Virus record (IMG/VR): IMGVR_UViG_3300050330_000094
Span: 1-27,061 of that record
Source: a virus
Lineage: Duplodnaviria; Caudoviricetes
DNA: 27,061 bases
Strand: one strand, 5' to 3'
Part shown: in pieces, positions 1 through 7,132 of the stretch
Layout of the letters: the number at the start of each line of letters is the position of its first letter
How positions within the stretch are numbered: the first letter of the stretch is position 1
Position numbers and translations under genes: made by a program
The notes under the pieces: generated by a model
Database searches by the model: none
What the model saw: the letters and a program-made list of their open reading frames with translations, nothing else
What the model was told of the DNA's origin: nothing

Positions 1-213
1 GTGACCGTATTCGGTTGGCTGGCGTACACGGCGGCCTACGTGGTGGTCGGGAACTTTGTGGCGTTGGCGGTGTTCGCTGCTGCGGCTCGTCATCGGGAGA
101 TCCCGAGTGATTCGGGTGCTCCGTTGGTGCTGGGTCTGATCGTCGTGACGTGGCCGGCGTGGGTGTTGTGGGCGTTGTGGGTCCTTGTGGCCCGGAGGGG
201 AGCGAAGTCGTGA
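1..213 (+). CDS. Small two-TM membrane hypothetical protein (start may lie at the window edge)
   Basis: Two hydrophobic stretches; stop overlaps next GTG (GTGA 210-213). Confidence 0.65.
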   Translation: MTVFGWLAYTAAYVVVGNFVALAVFAAAARHREIPSDSGAPLVLGLIVVTWPAWVLWALWVLVARRGAKS

Positions 214-659
214 ATGTCGATAAGAACACTCTTGAGCGGGTCCAGCGGATCTTGGAGTTGCCGTCGTTGATCGGGCCGTTGGAGCGGCAGCGGGTGGCGT
301 TGCGCGCGGAGCGCCGCACTACGGAGGCGAAGGTCGCGCGGCAGCGGGTGCTGGTGCTGAACGAGGTCATCGATCTCGATGAGCGGTACCGGGCCGCGGC
401 GAACCAGAAGGAGCGGGATGTGTTGATGGACGCGGCGTTGCATGCGGATGACCAGTGGTGCGAGCTGGTGGAGCGCGTGGATCAGCTGACCACGACGATT
501 GAGCGGGTTGAGGCGGACTTGAGTGTGCTGGATCACGAGCGCAAGGCGTTGAAGGCGGCGCTTGAGCGCGAGTACGCGTCGATCATCGAGCAGTTGTTGA
601 GCGACAAGGTGCTGGCGGACGCGGCGTCGTCGCGGCGCCTGCGGGGGGTGGAGGCGTGA
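210..659 (+). CDS. Coiled-coil phage hypothetical protein (149 aa)
   Basis: GGAGGGGAG upstream, GTGA overlaps at both ends, heptad-rich helical sequence. Confidence 0.8.
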   Translation: MNVDKNTLERVQRILELPSLIGPLERQRVALRAERRTTEAKVARQRVLVLNEVIDLDERYRAAANQKERDVLMDAALHADDQWCELVERVDQLTTTIERVEADLSVLDHERKALKAALEREYASIIEQLLSDKVLADAASSRRLRGVEA

Positions 660-988
660 GCGGTTCGAGTTGGGCGACGTGGTTGGGCGAGTCGGTGGAG
701 GATCGCCTGGAGCAGCGTAGGGCGGCGCGTCGTGAGCGGGAGGAGGCGCTGCTGGGCGGCCTGACCGAGATCGTTTACGCGGTGACTGCGGTGACTGGGA
801 CGCCTGGGGTGGTCGAGTCGTCGGGCCGCATCCAGGAGTTGGAGCGGGCGATCACGGCGCACATTGCGGCGGTGGAGCTGTCGGAGTTGGAGGTCTTGAC
901 GCCGAGTCAGGAGGCGGCGGTGGCGGGGATGGTGGCGGCTACGTGGCTGCGGTTGCGGGAGCTGGTCGGTTTGGAGGTGGAGTCGTGA
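656..988 (+). CDS. Phage hypothetical protein (110 aa)
   Basis: GGAGG upstream; GTGA coupling at both ends. Confidence 0.75.
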   Translation: MSGSSWATWLGESVEDRLEQRRAARREREEALLGGLTEIVYAVTAVTGTPGVVESSGRIQELERAITAHIAAVELSELEVLTPSQEAAVAGMVAATWLRLRELVGLEVES

Positions 989-1296
989 GGGACGCTCTGG
1001 AGGTGCTGCAGGAGTTTGGGCGGCGGAACGTGGGGAACTCGTGGGCGCAGCGGCTGGTGCGTCAGAAGACGTTTCAGGCGGTGCCGGGTGAGCCGGCTCG
1101 TGGTGGTGTGTCGCGCGTGGTCCTCGAGGAGTGGGCGCCGGTGGTTGGTGAGGCGTGCGTGCACGTTGGGGCGGCTGGCCGGCCGCGGGTGGTGAGCGTG
1201 GCGGCGTTGGAGGGCCGTTTCGCGCGGGTGTTGGTGGATGGCGAGGTGGGGGAGTGGGTGCTGGTGGCGGACTTGCAGCCGGTGGTGGGTTCGTGA
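985..1296 (+). CDS. Phage hypothetical protein (103 aa), beta-rich SH3-like C-terminus
   Basis: GGAGGTGGAG then GTG 985; C-terminal short beta strands (RVVSVAALEGRFARVLVDGEVGEWVLVADLQP). Confidence 0.65.
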   Translation: MRDALEVLQEFGRRNVGNSWAQRLVRQKTFQAVPGEPARGGVSRVVLEEWAPVVGEACVHVGAAGRPRVVSVAALEGRFARVLVDGEVGEWVLVADLQPVVGS

Positions 1297-2069
1297 GTCG
1301 GCTGCGGGGGTCTGAGGCTCGCCGGTCGGCGTCGGCTGGGGTGTTACGGGCGTTGGCTGATCGGCTTGAGGGCGGCGCCATCGGGGACGCCTCGGCGGAG
1401 CTCGCGGAGCGCCTGGCGCGGTTGGTGCGTGAGGCGGTGGACTTGTCGGCGGAGTTGCAGCGCGGTTCGCGTTTCTGCGCGGCCTGCGGGTCGCTGTTGG
1501 TGCGGAAGCCTTACGAGACGCCGCGGTCGTTCGCTGCTCGGCGGTCGTGTAACCAGGTGTGCGCTGGGGTGGTGCGTTCGGCGACGCTGGCGGCGAAGCG
1601 GGCGGCGGCGAATGCCGCGGCGCCGGTCGAGGTGAAGGTCTGCCCGCAGTGCCGGCGGGAGTTCGCTCGTTGGGTGCGGTCGGGCGCGGGGTACGAGACG
1701 CCGCGGGAGTTCGCGTTGCGGCGTTTCTGCTCGCGCGGCTGCTCGACGGCGTGGCAGCACGCGCATCGTGGGGAGCCGCGGCCGCGGGTGACGCGCCCGC
1801 GGGCCAGGCCGCCCCGGCCGGCGGTGGCTTCGCGTGAGGCGCGGCCGCTGCCCGACCCGGGGTTCTTGAAGCCTGCGCTGGTCGTGGGTCCGCCGGCGCC
1901 GATCGTGGGGTCGGCGACGGTGGCTGGGCGCACGTTCGACGCCTCGATCTGCGAGGCGCATCACCAGCAGCGCGGTTGGTTCGGTTGCCCGGCTTGTAAC
2001 GCGTCGGCGGCGCACCGGGCGGCGGTGAGGTCGCGGCCGTTCAGGCCGCACCCGGAAGGGGGCCGGTGA
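1293..2069 (+). CDS. Multi zinc-finger protein (258 aa), probable nucleic-acid-binding regulator
   Basis: CAAC..CNQVC and CPQC..CSRGC, each containing YETPRxFAxRR, plus C-terminal CEAH..CPAC; GTGA start overlap. Confidence 0.75.
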   Translation: MSRLRGSEARRSASAGVLRALADRLEGGAIGDASAELAERLARLVREAVDLSAELQRGSRFCAACGSLLVRKPYETPRSFAARRSCNQVCAGVVRSATLAAKRAAANAAAPVEVKVCPQCRREFARWVRSGAGYETPREFALRRFCSRGCSTAWQHAHRGEPRPRVTRPRARPPRPAVASREARPLPDPGFLKPALVVGPPAPIVGSATVAGRTFDASICEAHHQQRGWFGCPACNASAAHRAAVRSRPFRPHPEGGR

Positions 2070-2149
2070 TGTCGTGGCCGGAGGCGCTGGTGGCGATCGT
2101 GAGCACCGGAGTGCTCGCGGTGATCTTGGAGAGGTGGCGGCGGCGGTGA
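2069..2149 (+). CDS. 26-aa single-TM peptide MSWPEALVAIVSTGVLAVILERWRRR (below ORF-track cutoff)
   Basis: TGATG overlap upstream and GTGA overlap downstream fill the operon gap exactly; hydrophobic core with basic tail. Confidence 0.6.
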   Translation: MSWPEALVAIVSTGVLAVILERWRRR

Positions 2150-2325
2150 GGAAGCCGAACAACTGCTGCTTCTCGCGCCTCGGGCGCGCTAAGGCCCGCT
2201 ACCACAGCTTGCCGGAGGCGAGGCAGGCGCTGGAGCGGGCCGAGCGTAAGCGCGGCGCGGCGCTCGAGGTGTACGCCTGCGAGGTCGAGCCGAACACGTG
2301 GCACCTCAGGAAGGTGCGGTCGTGA
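2146..2325 (+). CDS. Small phage protein (59 aa), possible Zn-binding
   Basis: C..KxRY.S..EA...YxC....WHL pattern familiar from small phage proteins; GTGA overlaps. Confidence 0.7.
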   Translation: MRKPNNCCFSRLGRAKARYHSLPEARQALERAERKRGAALEVYACEVEPNTWHLRKVRS

Positions 2326-2540
2326 GCCGCCGCAGGCAGCCGCGGTCGTTGGAGCAGCAGGCGCGGCGCATCGTGCGGGACCTGGAGGCGTCGGCGGAGC
2401 TGACGGGTGAGGAGTGGCCGACGGCGGCGAGCGTGCGCGGTACGGCTGATCACTTGAGCCGCATGCCGGAGACGGTCGATGACGCTGCGGCTTGGTACGC
2501 GGCCGCGGCGTTGCTCGCGGCGAAGGAGGGTGTGGCGTGA
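2322..2540 (+). CDS. Phage hypothetical protein (72 aa)
   Basis: AGGAAGG upstream, GTGA overlaps. Confidence 0.65.
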   Translation: MSRRRQPRSLEQQARRIVRDLEASAELTGEEWPTAASVRGTADHLSRMPETVDDAAAWYAAAALLAAKEGVA

Positions 2541-2938
2541 ATCAGATCCTGGGGCGCATGGGTCGGGTGACGGCGCCGAACTTCGCGGACAACCCGGCCA
2601 GGTGGGGCGCCTGGTACGTGGTGCACGGCGCGGATGTCTACCGTGAGTTCCGGCGCCTCACTCTCGAGATGCTGCGCTCGCGGCCCACCACGAAGCTGTC
2701 GGCCGACCAGGTGCTGCACGTGGTGCGTTGGAATTCGCAGCTTCGCGCTGAGGGCGACGTGGTGGCCATCAACAACAACGCCAGCGCCTTGTTCGCGCGG
2801 CTGTTCGCTGCGGAGTTCCCGCAGCACGCCGCGGCCTTCGAGTTGCGCCGCAGCGTGTGGGACGACCTGAAGCCTCCCGAGTGGCAGTTGATCATGAACG
2901 CCTTCGAGCGGTTGCGGCCGCGGCGGCGGTACGCGTGA
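2537..2938 (+). CDS. Conserved phage hypothetical protein (133 aa)
   Basis: AAGGAGG RBS; VY..F...RW....INNN..ALFARLF...P....FELR pattern recognisable from phage hypotheticals. Confidence 0.8.
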   Translation: MNQILGRMGRVTAPNFADNPARWGAWYVVHGADVYREFRRLTLEMLRSRPTTKLSADQVLHVVRWNSQLRAEGDVVAINNNASALFARLFAAEFPQHAAAFELRRSVWDDLKPPEWQLIMNAFERLRPRRRYA

Positions 2939-3411
2939 ACGGCGTCGACCCGCTGCTGGTCGATCGCACGACGCGCACGGCGCTGCAGTTGCAGCGTTGG
3001 CGGGCGGAGCACGTGACGCGGGACTTGTGGCGCGTGATGCAGGGGCGGGCGCACTGGGCGGTGATCACGCGCAGCGGCAGCACGCCAGGTGGCGGCACGG
3101 TGGTGGCTGGCGCCGGCAGCCTGGCGAGCCTGCGGGCGGCGTACTTGGACGTGGTGGTGCCGGCCGTCGCCCGCCTGGGTGTGGAGGATCACCAGTTGCG
3201 CGTGTGGCGCGGCAGCCTGCGCGTGGCCTGGCGGGCCCTGAAGCCCGACGAGAGCTTCGCGCTGGAGGACTGGCTGCACCGCGAGCGTCACTCCAGCATC
3301 TTCCGCCTGGAGGGCGCCACGGTGCGCCGCAATCACGGCGCGACGGAGGAACTCGCCCGCGCCGCACTGAAGTTGTTGTCGGCCGCGACGGCCAAGGAGG
3401 ATGACCGGTGA
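2935..3411 (+). CDS. Phage hypothetical protein (158 aa)
   Basis: GTGA overlaps at both ends, high-GC3 codon pattern. Confidence 0.65.
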   Translation: MNGVDPLLVDRTTRTALQLQRWRAEHVTRDLWRVMQGRAHWAVITRSGSTPGGGTVVAGAGSLASLRAAYLDVVVPAVARLGVEDHQLRVWRGSLRVAWRALKPDESFALEDWLHRERHSSIFRLEGATVRRNHGATEELARAALKLLSAATAKEDDR

Positions 3412-3830
3412 GCATAACCAAGGTGGATAAGACCCCGGCGGACGTGGAGACGCGCCTGCTGGATCCGGAGCAGCTGATCAGGGCGCAGTCGCGCCTGGAG
3501 CTGGTGGCGCAGCGCCTGCAGCGCATGCAGCGCGAGCTGCTCGAGGCGCAAGAGGCCGAGGACGTGGCGGTGGCCGCCCTGGCCGACCGCGTGCAGGAGC
3601 TCACGCTGGCGGGCGTCGAGGGTAAGAACTCCGCCGAGAGGGAGGCGGCGTTGGCTAGCCAGACGACGGAGCTGCGCGCGGCGGTGGAGGTGGCCAAGTC
3701 GGCTGCCCGCAAGGCCAGGTACCGCGTCGACCGGGCGGTGGTGACGTACGACACGGCCCGTAACCGCGTCAGGAGCTGGCGAGCCGTGGTGGCCAGGGGG
3801 TCGGGCGCGGACGGGAACGACGTCTGGTAG
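3408..3830 (+). CDS. Coiled-coil phage hypothetical protein (140 aa)
   Basis: AAGGAGG RBS; helical, with GKNSAEREAAL motif. Confidence 0.8.
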   Translation: MSITKVDKTPADVETRLLDPEQLIRAQSRLELVAQRLQRMQRELLEAQEAEDVAVAALADRVQELTLAGVEGKNSAEREAALASQTTELRAAVEVAKSAARKARYRVDRAVVTYDTARNRVRSWRAVVARGSGADGNDVW

Positions 3831-3852
3831 GCCGCCAAGGGCTACATGGTTG

Positions 3853-3889
3853 AGGGCCGGAACGCTTGCTGGTTCCGGCCCTGTTCTTT
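3853..3889 (+). terminator. Intrinsic terminator ending the early/middle operon (may be bidirectional)
   Basis: AGGGCCGGAAC-8nt-GTTCCGGCCCT perfect 11-bp stem followed by GTTCTTT, between convergent genes. Confidence 0.8.
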
Positions 3890-3899
3890 GCTTGGGTCG

Positions 3900-4859
3900 T
3901 CAGGCTTGGCCGTCGGCTGCTTGCGGGGGGTTTCCTTCCTGGACGGCCTTCATCCATGCCTTCCCGCCCGGCGCGAAGACCGCCTTTGTGACCGGACCCC
4001 GCTCGAACGCGATGGTTGCTGCGTGGTAGGCCGTCAAGGCGGCTTCCTGGAGGTCCTGGTCGTCCTCTAGGTCGAATACGTTAAGGCCGACGCTCCTTAC
4101 CTCCTCGCGGCCGATTCGCCTGCCGTGGTTGAGGTGCACGGCTGCGTCGCTGAAGTGGCTTGCGACCGCCTGGGCTTTCTCGGTGCCATCGGGGACGCCG
4201 CGGAACATGTAACTGTTGAGCCACGCTGCAACGACTTTCTGACCGTAGGCAACGGCATAGTGAGCTTCCTGGAGTCGGGAGGGTCCGAGGGTTTGCAGGA
4301 TCGGCGCCCATAGATGCGCTAGACGCAGGTCGGTGGATATCTGGTCCTTCGCTTGCTTGAACTGGTCGAGAACGGCCTGGGCGGAGACCTGTTCGCGGCC
4401 GTTGAGGACCAATTGAGGGTCTATGGGTCCGAGCTGGCTTTGGCGTCCGAGGATGATCAGATCGGTGGCCAAGGCGATCATGGTTCCAGCAGACATCGCG
4501 TAGGTGGGTACGATGACTTCGATGCTGGCGAACTTGGAGCGGAGGTAATCGACGATTGTCTCGGTGGCGATGGTGACGCCACCGGGCGTGTGAAGGATTA
4601 AGGTCAAGCCGAGCTCGAAGTCCATGCCGTGCATGACGGCCATGAACCCGTGCAGGTCCTCTTGCGTCAGCATGAGACTGTGTGGGTGGGCTTGCGGTTT
4701 CTGCAGGAAGCTGGATGCGTAGAAGATGACGTTGCGGTTTCCCCTGAGTCGCCCGACGTTCTCAAGGTTGCTGTAAAGCAGCTCGAGCAGCCTAGCGTCT
4801 CGTTGCCCGTGATCTTCGATAGCGTTGAGCTCGTTGATCAGCTGCGGCCAGGACGGCAT
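3900..4859 (-). CDS. SDH-family ClpP/crotonase-fold serine proteinase (SDH_sah / S49-like), 319 aa
   Basis: LILHTPGG, VIVPTYAMSAGTMIALA (nucleophile Ser), SQLGPIDPQ, NHGRRI; no TM segment seen. Confidence 0.9.
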   Translation of the reverse strand: MPSWPQLINELNAIEDHGQRDARLLELLYSNLENVGRLRGNRNVIFYASSFLQKPQAHPHSLMLTQEDLHGFMAVMHGMDFELGLTLILHTPGGVTIATETIVDYLRSKFASIEVIVPTYAMSAGTMIALATDLIILGRQSQLGPIDPQLVLNGREQVSAQAVLDQFKQAKDQISTDLRLAHLWAPILQTLGPSRLQEAHYAVAYGQKVVAAWLNSYMFRGVPDGTEKAQAVASHFSDAAVHLNHGRRIGREEVRSVGLNVFDLEDDQDLQEAALTAYHAATIAFERGPVTKAVFAPGGKAWMKAVQEGNPPQAADGQA

Positions 4860-4864
4860 AGAGC

Positions 4865-5086
4865 CTAATCTTCTCGGGGTCGGAGCGTCAGTTGGTTGGG
4901 CAACTGCGCACCGCCAAGCGTCAGGCGCGTGATCGTGGTCATCTCGTGCTCAACCGGCTTGGGTCGCGATTGGAACTCGAGTAGCGGCCTGAGGTCGTGT
5001 AAGGCCCGCTGGATTTCTGTCATGATCTGGTCGTCAGTCATCGGCCCGTTGTTGGGGGTTCCAGGTCGGGTCGCTAGCGGATGCAT
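4865..5086 (-). CDS. Small hypothetical protein (73 aa; alternative start 5041) directly upstream of the protease
   Basis: GGGAGG 7 nt before ATG 5086; stop 5 nt from protease ATG. Confidence 0.65.
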   Translation of the reverse strand: MHPLATRPGTPNNGPMTDDQIMTEIQRALHDLRPLLEFQSRPKPVEHEMTTITRLTLGGAQLPNQLTLRPRED

Positions 5087-5262
5087 ATGGTCGCCTCCCT
5101 CGCCCGAGATCGTCAGCGCTGCCGTAATCAGTTAAGCGCCGTGCGATCACTAGGGTGCTAGTAGCTTAGCAGGCCCACTGATGGTTAGGAGGGAAGAAGT
5201 GGCACACATGAGCGAATGCTTCCGCTGCCATCCGATGTGATTGTTGGCGCTGGAGCCAGTGA

Positions 5263-5811
5263 TCAGTTGTAGGAGGGGGTGTAGAGCCCTAGCTGCTTCA
5301 AGCGGTAGGTCATGGCTTGAGTGCTTACGTTGAAGGGGGCTTTGGCCAGCTCGTCGATCTTGCCTTCGTAGGCGGCGGGAATCGGTTTTGGCACGTGGTG
5401 GCGGACGATGGCTTCCGGCATGAGCAAGGCTGAGGCGAAGGCGTTGGCTTGGATCTCCTTGAAATCGGTTCCCAGCGAGGAGTGATCGTCGCGAAACAGG
5501 AGCGCCTCCTCGTCTGTCCGGCTGTGCAGTATGTAATGCCCGAGCTCGTGGGCGATGCTGAAGCGTTGCCTCACCCGCGCGTGGGCCTCGTTGTAGAGGA
5601 TGTAGGCGCGGCCATCACTGATGACGAAGGCTCCCGATAATGAAGGGTTGTCGGGCGCGGCAATGACCTTTACCCCGAGCGCGGCAGCCATTTGCTCTAC
5701 GGGTACGGGCGCGGTGCATCCTAGGCGCGCGACGAGGCTCTCGGCCGCCTGCTGAGCTGCGCGTTTGGAGCGTACTGGCCGACGCTCCGGGATGTAGGGT
5801 GCCGGTGTCAT
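5263..5811 (-). CDS. ImmA/IrrE-family zinc metallo-endopeptidase (Peptidase M78/DUF955), 182 aa
   Basis: RQRFSIAHELGHYILH (HEXXH), EIQANAFASALLMP, FNVSTQAMTYRL; ATGA overlap with XRE gene. Confidence 0.93.
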   Translation of the reverse strand: MTPAPYIPERRPVRSKRAAQQAAESLVARLGCTAPVPVEQMAAALGVKVIAAPDNPSLSGAFVISDGRAYILYNEAHARVRQRFSIAHELGHYILHSRTDEEALLFRDDHSSLGTDFKEIQANAFASALLMPEAIVRHHVPKPIPAAYEGKIDELAKAPFNVSTQAMTYRLKQLGLYTPSYN

Positions 5812-6188
5812 CGCGTCGACGTGGTGGTCAGGGGCTGGGCCTCGAGCTCGAGGAGCTCGCTCCATTCGCCGAGTTCCTTCGCCAATCGTTCTTCTTCCGT
5901 CGCGTTGGGGGTCGCTGGTTGCATGATCTCCTCCACTGGCGGTAGTAGTTGGGCGAGGCTAAGATTCAGGCTGGCGGCTACCTGGTAGAGCGTGGTCAGC
6001 GTGGCGCCTTGCTTGCCGTTCTCGATGCTTACGATGGTGGTCCGCGCGACGCCCGTCAGTTCACCGAACTCCGCTTGCGTCATGATCCTCCCGCCCACTT
6101 CGTACGACAGACGCAACTCCGCGAAGCGGTGCGATACCCACTCGTCGATGGCTTGCTTCAGTCTCTTCAGTCCTTCACGGTCTTTCAC
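5808..6188 (-). CDS. XRE-family helix-turn-helix regulator (126 aa; GTG 6188, probably leaderless)
   Basis: MTQAEFGELTGVARTTIVSIENGKQGATLTTLYQVAASLNLSLAQLLP is a canonical HTH_3 domain. Confidence 0.92.
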   Translation of the reverse strand: MKDREGLKRLKQAIDEWVSHRFAELRLSYEVGGRIMTQAEFGELTGVARTTIVSIENGKQGATLTTLYQVAASLNLSLAQLLPPVEEIMQPATPNATEEERLAKELGEWSELLELEAQPLTTTSTR

Positions 6189-6194
6189 GGGGCT

Positions 6195-6224
6195 AACATA
6201 ACACGTGAAGTGAAGAAACTTCAA
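6195..6224 (-). promoter_or_regulatory. Predicted promoter for a leaderless XRE transcript
   Basis: On - strand: TTGAAG (6224-6219), 18 nt, TG-n-TATGTT (6200-6195), 6 nt, GTG start; no SD. Confidence 0.6.
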
Positions 6225-6350
6225 GCCGTGGAGTGTTGTGTACAGCTCCGAGGATGCCGAATTAGCCGTGTCAGCAGGCCACGTTGGAGGAACTTCAAGC
6301 ACACGCCGCGATGATGTGGTAATCTGCTCCGCAGATCGGAGGATTAGCCG
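6217..6350. repeat. Degenerate tandem duplication in the divergent control region
   Basis: AACTTCAAGC at 6217-6226 and 6291-6300; ATTAGCCG at 6261-6268 and 6343-6350; GCTCCG between them in both copies. Confidence 0.55.
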
Positions 6351-6383
6351 GCATGGTGAGCCGGAAGCGTTACAAAAATACGA

Positions 6384-6413
6384 GGACGAGGCTATTCAAC
6401 CGGAGCCTCGTCC
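6384..6413. promoter_or_regulatory. Perfect 10-bp inverted repeat (operator or RNA hairpin)
   Basis: GGACGAGGCT-10nt-AGCCTCGTCC. Confidence 0.5.
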
Positions 6414-6590
6414 AAGCCGCGCAATGCGGGAATCCTACCTTTTCTGCCACTTGAATCGCTGTGGATCGGTGCTAGCCGCCCACAGGGAGGATATCACATC
6501 AAGGCATAGCTAAGGTTCTCACCACCCACATCCTGGGGAAAGCGCCTCTCGCGGCCGCGCGGCACGCAGTCTCGGTGAGAAAGGAGAGCC

Positions 6591-6803
6591 ATCACGGCTA
6601 CTTCTCGAAAGCGTGGCCGCCTTGTACGGGTCACGACTCTAGCGAGCGGCGAGCGTGTTGTGGTCTACGAGCAGCTTCGTGATCACGGCACAGGTCGCTA
6701 CCTCAGCCGCGAAGCCGCGAAGCGGGTTCCGCCAGCGCGGGTCCGCATCGAACATCGGCGCATCATCTTGCCACCGCTAGGCGAGGCGTACAGCGCCGGC
6801 TAG
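6591..6803 (+). CDS. Unannotated 70-aa Arg-rich protein, probable non-canonical start (ATC 6591 or ACG 6594; alternative GTG 6660)
   Basis: AAGGAG 6581-6586; in-frame TGA at 6576 prevents an upstream start; open to TAG 6801-6803; contains LRDHGTGRYLSREAAKR; followed by a hairpin. Confidence 0.55.
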   Translation: MTATSRKRGRLVRVTTLASGERVVVYEQLRDHGTGRYLSREAAKRVPPARVRIEHRRIILPPLGEAYSAG

Positions 6804-6813
6804 TTCCAACTCA

Positions 6814-6846
6814 GGTGGCCAGCTTCGGCTGGCCACCGATTCTGTT
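6814..6846 (+). terminator. C(UUCG)G tetraloop hairpin; terminator or mRNA stabiliser
   Basis: GGTGGCCAGC-TTCG-GCTGGCCACC perfect 10-bp stem then GATTCTGTT. Confidence 0.65.
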
Positions 6847-6862
6847 GTGGAGGGACCACACT

Positions 6863-7111
6863 ATGACTACGAACAAGAAGACGACGACCTCGACGACGGC
6901 CTCGTTGGCGGGCGCCACGCTCGCTGATTCCGCGGCCTCGAAGCTCCAGCGTAAGCTTGCCGCCGGCGTACTGTCGCAGGCCGTTCCGGGGCGGGAGACC
7001 GGCGCAGAGCTCGAGCGGGTGGCCGGCCAGGCGCTCGGCAACGATCGCTCGGCGGCAGTCACGCGGCAGCTGGCGGCATCACTCGTTTCGCAGTCGAACC
7101 GCAAGCGGTAG
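6863..7111 (+). CDS. Small basic helical two-repeat protein (82 aa)
   Basis: GGAGGG RBS, ATG 6863; two ~35-aa repeats ending LAAGVLSQ and LAASLVSQ; terminator downstream. Confidence 0.8.
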   Translation: MTTNKKTTTSTTASLAGATLADSAASKLQRKLAAGVLSQAVPGRETGAELERVAGQALGNDRSAAVTRQLAASLVSQSNRKR

Positions 7112-7132
7112 CAGCCAAGAAGACCGCAAGTG

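Noticed and set aside
3900-4859. SDH/ClpP-fold protease as the prohead maturation protease
   Set aside because: Opposite strand, outside the head module, and a Mu-type protease already sits at 14290-15267
5840-5853. Perfect palindrome CCTCGAGCTCGAGG
   Set aside because: Lies in the XRE coding sequence and is explained by Leu-Glu-Leu-Glu codons
6189-6302. N-terminal 38-aa extension of the XRE ORF in the track
   Set aside because: It spans the predicted -35/-10; GTG 6188 gives a normal-sized XRE protein
6238-6513. 91-aa + strand ORF in the control region
   Set aside because: No SD, atypical codon use, and overlaps repeats and a palindrome better explained as regulatory; not fully excluded
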